Origin: a virus
IMG/VR virus record: IMGVR_UViG_3300045988_139407
Reading direction: 5' to 3' (one strand)
DNA: 63,275 nt
Part shown: piece after piece, positions 1 through 12,100 of the stretch
How positions within the stretch are numbered: the first letter of the stretch is position 1
How the letters are laid out: each line of letters starts with the position of its first letter
Notes under the pieces: generated by a model
Database searches by the model: none
The model's input: the letters and a program-made list of their open reading frames with translations, nothing else
What the model was told of the DNA's origin: nothing
Position numbers and translations under genes: made by a program

Positions 1-119
1 TGCTGCACGTAATGATGAGAAGAAACTGGAGTATGAGAAGACTCTTGGTTTGGCTTCTGTGCTGGAAGGTGAGTTCCACAATGAGTTTACGCAGGAGCAT
101 CTTGAAGGCTTATACAACA
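1..119. repeat. Terminal direct repeat, identical to nt 63157-63275
   Basis: tgctgcacgtaatgatgag...cttgaaggcttatacaaca was read at both ends. The reading frame of the flanking ORF is preserved across the junction. Confidence 0.95.
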
Positions 120-3100
120 AGGCAGCCCAGAAATATAATATGGGTGAGAAATTGACAGATGAGGATAAGGCAGCGGTTTATCTTCATCAGAATGCTGGTG
201 CCATCAAGGAAATCATGGATAAGCAGCAGAAGGGTATTATCCTTACTGATGAGGAGCAGAAGCAGATTAATGCCTATCGTCATTATTATGACAGTGCTTT
301 GGAGAACAGTTCTGTGATGAGGGAGTTTGTCAACACGTTTGAGGATTCCAATGGCGTGGCGCGCGGTACACTTCGTAAGGCTTTGGAGTCGAAAGATAAG
401 AAATATGCACCTTTGGTGGAATCTTATCTTAAGGAGCTTTACAACTCCATCGAACTGAAACGTGAAATGAAGCAGACGATGGATGATCTCTATAATACTT
501 CACATGGTAATGAGCAGAAGAGGATTGAAGGCGAAAACCCGGTATCTCCTGTTGAGGGTTCTGCTGGTGGCCAGGAGCCTCCAGTTTCAGAGGGACCTGC
601 TTCGTACCAAGACCGTACCAAATCCGTACCAACTCCGAGTGATGCAGAAGTTGCTGCAAACCCTGCAAACGTTTCAAACTCTTCTGCTGAGGGTGCAAGT
701 CCTGAGACAAAGGTTGCAGGCTCTGATGCTTTTGTTATGGGACAGAATGCCTATAAGAATGGGGATTCTGAGGCTTTGCAGGCTATCGATTATAATAGTG
801 ATTTAGCTACAGGACGTTTGAAGCGTGCTTTTGCTGACAATGAGAAGATGCCTGATATTGTAGCCAATGCCTATAATGAAGGTCGAGATATGGAGCAGTT
901 TGTGGCTCAGCGTGCAAGTAGTTTGACTCCAGCACAAAAAGAGGCTATCAGTAAGTATGTAGAGGCAATGGATGCCAAGAAGGGCGCTATTGATGCTCTG
1001 CAGCATGCCGATGATGGCTATGGTGAGGCTTTGAAGGAACAGCTCTGGCCATACCAGACGGAAGACGGAAACATCATGCCAGCTACTCTGGATAGCGGAA
1101 AACAGGTATTCCTGAAGAAGGCTAACGAATATGGTGGAGCCTTTGTTGTCGTTCCAGATGAGCAGGGACAGCCTACAATTAAGCAGGTATCTAATGCCGA
1201 GATTAGAGAGGTGGGCACTCCTGTTCCTCTTGATGAATACATTGAGAGTTCTTTGGCTCAGCAGAAGGATGCAAGAAATAAGCAGTTTATCAGCCAGTTT
1301 GATGGCAGCGGTTTGAAGCCGAATGACCAGGTTACAGTTGCCATGGAGGAGGGTGATGCTAATATCAACATGACCTTTGCCGGATATAGCGAGGACGGAA
1401 AGATTGTGCTTACTGATGGTAAAGATTATCTTCCCCTGTCTAAAGAAGAGTTTGCTGCATGGCGCAAGAATGCGCTTGACAACACAATCAATGAACATTT
1501 GGATCGCGAGGACGATGAACGTGAACAGAAAGCAGTTTCTCAGGCTGAGGCTGACAAGAAGGAACGATTTGCCAAAGGCATCGTGGGATTGAGCGAGGGA
1601 CATCCTGATTATTCTTCAAAAGATACAGACGCAAAGGTGGCTGCTGAATATTTGCAGGAGCAGTATGGTGAAGACCATGGCAAACTTTTGAATCTGGTTA
1701 ATGGCAGCCGTGATGACATCAAGACTCAACTTGCCAACAAGAGGAAGGCTGCTGCTGAATATCAGAACTGGCTTGATACAAATGCCGATCTTGACCCGGA
1801 AAAGGCTAAGAAGGTGGAGGATGAGTTGAGTCTGGTTAATGAGCAGATTGCTGATCTTGATGCTCGTTTCAAGAACTGGAATACTATCCGCAACAGCGTG
1901 ATGACTCCTGATGAGGTGAAAGCAATGACGGAGGAGCGCAAGGCTGAGGTGGAGAAGGCTGGTGTTGATGAAACTGCCATCGTGCCATCTGATGATTTCC
2001 ATGTGCTCGTACTTGATGATAAGGAATTGAAGAAGCAATATCCTACTATGGATGAGGCTACCGACTATATTACCTCTCAGCGCAAGGACATCTATCATAC
2101 CCAGGAGGATGTGGAACGCAAGATAAATGGTGTGAATGACATGCTGGATCAGTATATCAATGGCGAAACAGAGCTGGACCCTAACCAACTTATGGAATTG
2201 AATACAACAAAGGCTCAGCTGGAGGCTCAGCAGTCTAATTTGTCGGTTGCAGCAAAGGGTTTGAAGGCTCAGGCTAATAAACTCAGCAAACTTTATAAAA
2301 CAGAAGTTAGCCAGCAGGAAATGGAGGAACTGGGTATGACTCCTTCTGAGCAGCGTAAGGTTCTTGCGTCTGATGCCATCAAGAAGAATGACCTTGGAGC
2401 AATAATAAAGATATACAAGGATGCCTCTGTTGATATTACGGACTTGACTCCTCAGACTCTTGAAGAGGCAGTATCAGAATATTTGAGTCCTCATAGCTTG
2501 AATCCGGAATCTCTTCAATATGAGTTGGGCAAGAGTAATTTTAAGTTTGGTATTGGCAAGGGGTATGATTCTAATAAGTTCAATTATCTTATAGCCAAGA
2601 AAGGAACCGGTATGTCGGTTAACGAATTTGCTGTGAAGGTATATAATGACCTTCCTGTAAACTTGCTGGATATGGGATATACCGACCAGGATGTTCGTAA
2701 TGCCCTTCTTGATATGTTCAAGTCTTATGACAGTGTGAAGGACATGAAAAATGTGGCTCCGATGAACCGCATAGCTGCTGCAGAAGATGAACTTTCAAGC
2801 GAGGAAGAGTTTTATGAGGCACAGAAAGAGCGAGAAATTATCGAAAGACAGGCAGAAATTGAGAAATATAAATCGTATATTCACGAAAAAGCGTTATCTT
2901 TGCCGTCTGAAAGCGAACTTGATTACATCAAAGGACTTGAATTTGACCGTATGATGGAGATTGAGGATCGTGAACGAGAGTACAAACAATATGTCAAATC
3001 AATTTTACCAGAATTAGCTGATTATGATGACAGAAGCAATGAAGAAGGATATGGAGGAGGCAGTAGCCTGGGTAGCGACTCTTCACGGAGAGGAGTTGAT

Positions 3101-6100
3101 GAAGGAAATAGCCAAGGCGAAGAAGTTGGTAACGGAGAAGCATCTTCTGAGTCCGAGATTGGAGAAGGCTCTGATAGCGGACGCAAAGGGCGACAAGAGG
3201 TTAGCAGCATGGAACCTGGCGAAGGCTCAGTTGTTCGAGGCTCACATCTACCGCAAGAAGCATCCTTCGGAGAACGTTTAAAGAGTGCCATTGCCGAGAC
3301 TGAGACCGAACCTACAGAGGCTCAGAAGAAGGCAGGAAACTATAAGAAGGGGCATTTGACTTTTGGGGGATATGACTTTACTGTTGAGACTCCAAAGGGC
3401 GTGACTCGCAGCGGTAAGGATGAGCAGGGCAAGCCTTGGAGCGTGACCATGCACGATACTTACGGCTATATTCTGGGCAAGATAGGCGTGGATGGTGACC
3501 ATATTGATATGTTCATCAATGATGCCGCAGACCTTGATACTTTTGATGGTAACGTTTATGTTGTTGACCAGGTGAACCCAGAGACTGGTGAGTTTGACGA
3601 GCATAAGGTGATGTATGGCTATCCTTCTGAGGAGGCTGCTACAGAGGCTTATCTTGCCAACTACTCCAATGGCAGGAAGGGACTTGGTAAGGTTACTTCT
3701 GTGCCTAAGGCTACCTTTGACAAGTGGCTGGAGTCTTCTGACCGCAAGACTAAGCCTTTTGCGGAGTATGCTATGGTGCAGAAGGAACAGGCAAAATTTG
3801 ATCGTGATGTGAAGGAGGTGGAGCCATCTGAAATGACGGAGGCACAGAAGGTGGCTTATGATGCCGTATCTACTATGCTTAAGAAGGCTGGCATTCCGGT
3901 GAAGGTGGTTAGCAATGAGGATATGGAGAAGGTGGCTGAGGCGCAGGATAACCTGAATCTTGCCATGCTGCTGAATCAGCCTGAAATGAGATTTAAGATC
4001 AAGACACCGGAGGAGAAGCAGGCTGCCGAGAATGCTTATAACTTTGCCAAGGAGTTGCGCCCGGATAAGTGGAAGCAGTATGCCGTGGTGGATATGAGCA
4101 ATCCTAACAAGATGCCAGAGTACTTTGAGAAGCAGGAGCTGGCTAGAAAGGAGCGTTCTTACTATAATAAGCTGATGTGGGGTAACTACAAGGTCTTCAA
4201 TCTTGACAAGAGTTTTGAGGACAATGTGGCTGGGCTTACTGGCTCTTTCCCTTCGGAGTTTGACCCATATAAGATTGACGAGCAGACCAATAAGAGGAAT
4301 GAGTTGAAGAAGCAGATGAAGGAGACTGAGGAGGCTTATAAGTCAACCGGGCAGGAACGTAAGGAGTATCAAAATCAGCTGATGAAGGAGTACATGGATG
4401 AGCATGGACTGGATTCTGAAAACGATATTCCTGATGATGTTTGGAATGATTGCAGGAATAAATCCTTTGAAAAATATCAAGATAAGCTTGATTCCTTGTT
4501 TGCGAAATATAAGGATTTGGATAGACAGTTGAAGGCTGTTGCTGAGCCGGGAGTGCAGTATTTGAAGGGTAAGGGTGTAGTTTATGGCTACACTGATGGC
4601 AAGGAGATTGTGCTGAACCAGGAACATCTGAATCCTAATACTCCTATCCATGAGTATCAACATCTTTGGCGTACTGCTGCTAAGAAAATGAATCCGGAAC
4701 TTATAGAGTATGGTGATAAACTCATCATGCAGACCCAGCTATTTGCCGATTTGAAGCAGGATCCTAACTATAATCATCTGACAGATGAGCAGATTTGCGA
4801 TGAGGCTTTTGCTCGTTTGACTGGTGAGGACGGAGCTGCCATCCTGGAACAGATGGCTAAGGATGCTATCAAGGAGAATCCGCTTGATACAGCCAAGGAA
4901 CTGAGTGTTATCAATAAGTTGAAGGAGTGGCTGAAGAAGTTCTGGTATTGGACTCTTGATACATTTACGAAGTGGAAGCCTGAGGACATTAAGAAAATGA
5001 CCTTGGAGGATATTCGCAATCTTGTGTTGAGAGACTTGGCGAATGGGGTAGACCCACGTAACGTGAAATCTCGTATGACCAAGGAAGATGCTGTTTCGCT
5101 GCGTAAACAGATGGCAGATAATGCTGAGCAAGAGCGGATTCTAGAGCATACGGAAGAGAACTGGCAGAAAGAATTTGGCAAGGATAGCCGTGTTACTACT
5201 CCTATTGGCAGTATCAAACTTGGTGAAAACCAATACAAAAAGGCAGGAAGAAACGACCGAATCAAAAGATTTGGTTTGTTGAAGCCTACCTTGGAGCGTC
5301 CTGACGTTATCTTGGAGAAGTCTGCACCAAAAGAAGGTGCGGAACGACAGACTAAATATCTATTTATCAAATCTTTTAAAAAGGCAGATGGAAATAAGAT
5401 TCTGAACTATGAATCCATAACAGTAAAGCAGGGTGAAGAGGAAGTGGCGATTAGCGCACATCAAATAGATCCTTCGAAAGTTGTGAAAGAATTGACGGAA
5501 TCAAAAGTGCTATGGAATCGTTTCAGAGGCGATTCTAATTCCTTGGGCGAGAATCAAGGTTCGGCATTAACTCCATCCGCAAATAACCCAAGCGGAAAGG
5601 ATAGCGTCCTGAATCCTCATAGCGGTGCAAAGATAAGAAATAATATCGAAACTGCCAAGGGAAATGGTGGAAATTTATCTGTGGAGGATAAAATAAAGGC
5701 TGTATCTCGGCAATTTGGTGTAGATGAGGCAGATGTGGCGATGTATGCCAATGCTATTAAGAAGGGTTCTACTGCTGAGGCTGCACGTGCCAGAGCCAAT
5801 ATCAAACGCCATCTGTTGCAGGCAAATGAAGATAAAATTTCCTCTTTAAAGGAACTTCTTAAGTACACTAAGCCTGTAAATGAAGCCTTGAAGGAGAATT
5901 TTGGCGACCTTGATGCTATGATCGAGGAGCGCGTGAAGCAGGTGGAAGCGCAGCGTAACGCCATGGAAGCCGCTAGAAAGAGAGCAGAGGAAGAGGAAGC
6001 CAAGCGCCAAAAGCACCTGGAGGAACTTTCTCTGATTCCTGATGATCAACTTGACAAGCAGTATATGGATGCTCTCGCCAAAGGTGATGATGATACTGCC

Positions 6101-9100
6101 AGGGAAATGCTTGATGAGGCTGCCAGACGCAAGGGCTATGATGATACAGAAAGTTCATATCAGGGTGTAGGCGCATGGAAAGCACCGGGAAACCCTGGAT
6201 ATGAAAGCGACAAGGCGAGACGTGATGATTGGGAATCCAGTGGCTCGGATGTGAACCTGGAGGATATGGCTTTGGGCTATACTCCTCAGCCGGATGATTA
6301 CTTCTCTCATCCGGAGCGTTATTCTCAGAACACTCCTCATGGATTGGAATCTGTGAAAGCCATCAATACGGCTATTGATGCCATTAAGAATGGCGAGAAG
6401 GATGTTAAGGTAAAGGTTTATCGTGCTGTTCCAACTTCTGTGAAAGAAGGAAAGTTGCGTAATGGTGACTGGGTTACTCCTTCTAAGAAATATGCCGATA
6501 TTCATGGAAATAATCGACTGGAAGGCAAATATCGTATCATCGAGGATGAAGTGCCTGCTACTCAACTGTGGTGGGATGGTAATGACGCAAACGAGTTTGG
6601 CTTTGATGATGGCAAGGAGTATAAATACAAGAATGCCAAGAACAACAGAAAGTTGAACGACCTTGTTACCTATGATGATAAGGGTGATGTTATTCCTCCT
6701 TCTAAGCGCTTCAATTCTCGCAAGAGCGATATTCGATTCCATCGAGTGACTGAGCCGGAGGAACTGGAGAGGCTGAATAAGGAGAAGACTTTCCGGATGT
6801 ATAGCGGAATGCAGGAGGTGGATGGTAAGCTCTACTCGCCTATGGCTGCCATTATTGACGGAAAGCGTACTGATGCTACCGAGATTGGTGCCTGGATGGG
6901 GGCTGATGAGAGACCTGATCTTGTGAAGGGTGGAAAGTTCCAACTTGTGAAGACCGACAAGAACCCTGGGGCAGGAGAAGGGCCAGTGCGTGCTGCCTAC
7001 AATCCTTATATGCATACTTCCACTTCGATGATGAACGACCAGTTTACCGGGGCTTATGCCAGAGGTAATATCAAGGTTGTGGAATGGGAGATTCCGGAAA
7101 GCGAGAAGACAAGCGGCTACCGTGCTGAGGGTGCAAAGGATGCCGTGGGACTTGTGCCTTGGCATTCGGGTTCCGTAAATGGTTTGTTGCCGAAGGACAG
7201 ACAGAGGTCGGTGATGTTGTCTCGTTGGAGAAAGGCGGTGAGAGTAGTTCCTGATTCTGAGGTGGCTGAGAGTATTGCTGAGCAGCTGGAGGGTACTGGA
7301 CTGGCTATTCCTTGGAACGTGGTTACTCCTAACCAGGTGAGGGAGTTGGTTAAACTGGGTGTGCCTATTACTACCGTTGAGTCGGGACTGCAGGCTCCTG
7401 AGACTAAGGAGAAGTTTATGGCTCAGATGGAGGAGTTGAAGAAGGAGTTTCCGCAGGCTCAGTTCGTTGACGTGAAAATGACCAAGGACGCTTATAAGGA
7501 GTGGGGAATTTTGAAATTCTCTCTTGGTGAGAAGAATGGCACAGATGTTGCTGATGAAAATGGTGATAGTATGAACAAAAATCCAAATAAAAATGTTATC
7601 ACCAGAAGAATTGGAAGCCGAGCACAGGCGCAAGCAAGAGTTAATGAAACGTTGGGAGCAGCAGCCGCTGACTTTCGAAGAGATCAAACAGCAGCAGCTA
7701 AGAATCAACAAGGCACTTGGGATAGAGGATCCGTACTTGGGCATGTCATTCGAGCAGCTAAGGCAAATGCATCTTTCATCCCTCAAGAAGAACTCAAAAA
7801 AATAGTCGGTGAAACTATTGGCCATGGAGAAGAGAACTATGTTTATCATGCAAAATATGATAATCAGAAGGTTATCAAACTCAATGATTTCACCATGACG
7901 GACAATCTTTTCCGCATCAATGAGTTTATTGACCGCATCAATGCTCATAATGAGTTCATGCCAGAGGATAAATATACGCCTTTGGGGTTTGCCTATAATC
8001 ATAAAGGAGACCCATGTATAGTGATGGAGCAGCCTTATTTGAAGGGTACTCAACCAACAAGAGAAGAAATCTGTCAGTACTTGATGGATCATGGCTTTAA
8101 GTTGGATATGATTCAGATTAGTGCAGATGAATCTGATATAGGCTGGTCAAATGGCAAGTTTGATTTATGGGATGCTGAGCCTAGAAATGTAATCAAGGAT
8201 GAGAACGGAGATTTGCACTTCTTTGACACTATGATTCAGCATACTTATATCCCTAATCATAAAAATCAACTCCGGTTGTCGAAACCTTCTATCCGTACTT
8301 TTGAATCACAAGGAATGATGGATTCAGCAGCAAGGGTACAGAGAGTGGCAAACGTATTGGGCGGTGCTGAGGCTGTGACCTATGCTTCAAGCGCTGATGT
8401 GCCAGAAGAGTATCGCATTGCTATAGAGCAGGGCGCTAGGGGATGGTATGACCCTACAACGCACACTGTGCATGTTTATCTGCCTAACTGTGCTGATGCC
8501 AACGAGGCGGAGAGAACGGTGCTGCATGAGAAGATAGGCCATGAGGGCATGGAGGTGCTGCTGGGTGGCGAAGATGAGGTGAGAAAATTCGCTAACTTCG
8601 TTTATCGTTCCGTAGGTAAGGATATTCGAGGCAAGATTATAGACTTTGCCAATAAATATGATCCGGACTGGAAGAACCCTGACCGCATGAATGTGGGAAC
8701 GCAGGAGTATATCGCCCGACTGGCTGAGGAGGGTCCTAAGACTGCTGAGGACTTTTCTCTTTGGACCAAGATTAAGCATTATCTTATCAAGGTGCTTAAG
8801 AAGCTGGGTGTTCGTGTGCCGGGACTTCTCAATGACAAGGATTTGAGATACTACCTGATGAAGGCTGGAAAGGCTCTACATGTATGGGACAATATGCCTA
8901 AGGAGAAGCAGGAAGCCATGATGAAGCAGGCTAGCAATGCTGAAATCAAGGATGCGCTATCTGATGGCGCTGGTAAGGGTAAACCACGCCAGAAGAAGGG
9001 CGAAAGCACAATTCAATACATGAAACGTGTACAGGAGTGGCGCAAGTGGAAGAATGCACGTGAGGATGAGAATGACCCAGAGCCTCCTATGTTCTACGAC

Positions 9101-12100
9101 ATCGACAAGGATGAGGAAGGCAAGAAGGAATGGGCACAGCTCAATAAGGACTGGCGTGAGCGACACCATCTTGCAAGCGAGGAGCCTATGGGGATGCCTA
9201 TCCGTATGGAGGGCGAAGAGGATGGCGCCTACATGACTCGTATTCACGAATATGAGAAATGGAAGGATGCCATGAAGGACCAGGAAGACCCTATGCCTGA
9301 TATGTTTGCCTTCGAAAAGAAGAAGCAGGAGGAGGTGAAACGCAAGTATGAGGACTGGTTGGCCAGACATGAGCTTCTGGAGCAGCAGCAAGCAGATTTG
9401 GACTTGTATGAGGGTAAGATTTATCCGACAGAGACCAATCCGAAGGCTGATGCACTGGAGCAGCAGGTGATGCAGGACTTGGCCGAGGTGACCAGTACGG
9501 ACGTGAGCAAGGAAGGTGCAGCAAAGACCGTGAAGCATGCGGTTATCCATCGTAGAAAGAATATGGAGGAGGCCAGTGCAGACGATGCCATCTATATCAA
9601 TGATGTGAAGAACAGAATCGAGAAGATGGCAGATAGCGGTGCTTTCGACAAGTTGCTTTCTGACTACAAGGGCAAGCCGAACCGGGCAGAAAAGCTGGCT
9701 GAGGCTATACCTTATATAATAGAGGCTCCTAGACGTTTGCGTGACCTGGCGAATGATTTGAATGCCACTGGTGCTTTTGACAAGGGACATATCCATATCC
9801 AGCCAACTGATGTAGAGGCTATCCAGCCTTTCGTGGCAGACTTGATTGCTCAGACTGGAAAGAGGCATACCGAACTGAAAGATGGCAAGGAGGTGGAGGT
9901 TTATGATGATCCGCAGGCTGTGAGTGAGGTGGCCAGCAAGATGGCACAGACCATCAATGCCAATCATCAGGGTGAGGAAGGTTTTGTACCTATTGATGGT
10001 TCAGATATTCTGAGCGAGCATGTATTGCCACTGGTGAAGCAGCAGATTGTGCCTGAGGGTATCGATTACAAGAATCTCTCGCCTGAAATGAAGGCTTCCA
10101 TTGATTCTATCAGATACTGGTATAACTATACCTACGACTGGTTGAAGGATAATCACACCTTAAGAGAGGACACCGGATATAATGCCGACTATGTAAACCA
10201 TATCTGGGATAAGGAGAAGAGTGACAAGCAGGCTTATGCGATGTATGTGGAGAACAGACAGCGCACAAAAAGCCCTAACGAGAAGCCGAGAACCATCAGT
10301 ACCCTGATGGAGGGTATCAGCGTGGGACTTGTACCTAAGACTACCGACATCACGAAGATGATGGCTTACTACAGCAGAAGCAATATCGAGGCTTGGGTTA
10401 ACAAAACCATGCTGCAGGAGTTGAGCGGATTGAACGTGATAGAGCGGAATGAGGACGGAGAAATCATTTCTTCTGACCCACTGCTTTCTTCTACGCCTCC
10501 TTTTAACCTGGAGCAATATAAGTACTTTGAGATTCCGGGTTTGGGTCCTGTATGGGTCTATAAAGGAAATGCAAAGGATTATACTATACCAAATATCATC
10601 ACAGGTAAAAAAATCCTTCTTTATCGCCAGAAAAGTGCTGCTAAACGATTTGGTGTTGTATTTGAACAATATGAAAGTTCACCATTTTGGGAAACCGTTG
10701 ACACTTTGGCTTCAAGTGCCAAGAAACTGGAGTTGGGTTTTAGTGGTTTCCATGCTGGCGCATTGACGGAGGTTTATATGGTACAGAATATGGTGGAGTT
10801 TGGTCCTAAGAAGGCCATGGCCAACTTTATGAAGTATATCTTTGTAGATACAGCCAAAAACCATGAACTACCTTGCTTTGCCAATCCTGAGGATTTTCAA
10901 GAGGCTGCTAGCCATCTGGTGAAGTTCGGAGCGACCAACGACTATGCAGCAGCGGATGTACAGAACATGTTTGACAACATGCGCGATGCGATGATAAAGG
11001 TGCAGAAGAAGTTGAAGGACGGAAATAAAATTTCCGGAACGGTGGCTTTGGCTACTATGCCATTGAAGGTGGCAACGCAGATGCTTTCGCTCATCAACAA
11101 GGGCATGGATAGAGCCTTGTGGGATTTCCTTCATGACGGACTGAAACTTGCTACCTATCGTATGAGGGCAGACAAGACCAAGGAGCGTGCCAAGGAGAAG
11201 GGATGGACTGAGGAGGAACTGAGCCGGGCTTTGGACGAGGACGGACAGTTTGTGAACGATATGTTTGGCGGTCAGCACTGGGATGTATTGGGAGCCAGCC
11301 ATCGAACTTTGCGTTATGCCGGAAGAGTTCTTCTTTCACCAGACTGGAATGCTTCTACCACACGTCACTTCCTGGCATTAACCGGATATGGTTCTATATG
11401 GAATGAGGCCACCTTTGAAAACTTCAAACAGTATTACAAGAGGCTCAAACATAAGGAACTTATACCGGAGGATGAAGGCAGAAGAAGCAGACAGATTTCG
11501 GCTTTGCTCTGTTATGGTATCGGATTCATGGTATTTTATGAGGGTATTGCCAATGGCATCAATGCTGCTTTCCGTGCCTTGGACGAGGAGAAGGAGCGCA
11601 AAAAGGCTGAGGAGATCAGGAAGACCAACCCAAGCTATAAGAGTATGTATGAACTTGCTTATCCTGATGGTATGAAGTGGTATGACTATCTGATGCGTGG
11701 AAATAGCCTTGGTCAACAGAGCAAGATCTTTATGGGCAGATATGCGGACGGAACGGAAATGTATATCAGACATGGTAAGCAGTTCCGTGAGGTTCCTGAA
11801 TACCTCTTCAACCATAAGGGTGAACTGGAGTTCCCTGGACCTATGGTACAGCGAATGATAGGTAAGGCTAACCCTATGGTGAGAATGACCTTGGATGACA
11901 TAAACTATCTGAGCGATTTCCAAGCCAGCCATGCGGATCAGGAGATTCAGCGCAAGTATGGCAAGACCATCGGACTGCTTTATAAGGATGCTTTGTACTG
12001 GGCGCCTTTCCTGATTCCTAGTCAGGAGAATAAGGAGTTCAAGGCTGTGGATTTCTTCTTCCCATCATCGAAGGGATTCTCTCCATGGAAGGCTCAGAGC

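Noticed and set aside
6155-8092. 645-aa minus-strand ORF, together with 803..1603, 1616..2188, 4774..5370, 8957..9967, 10160..10669 and 11378..11932, all antisense to the giant gene
   Set aside because: They lie entirely opposite a plus-strand frame with clear protein motifs. Their translations are L/I/S/H/C-rich with few acidic residues, as expected for antisense shadows of a purine-rich coding strand.
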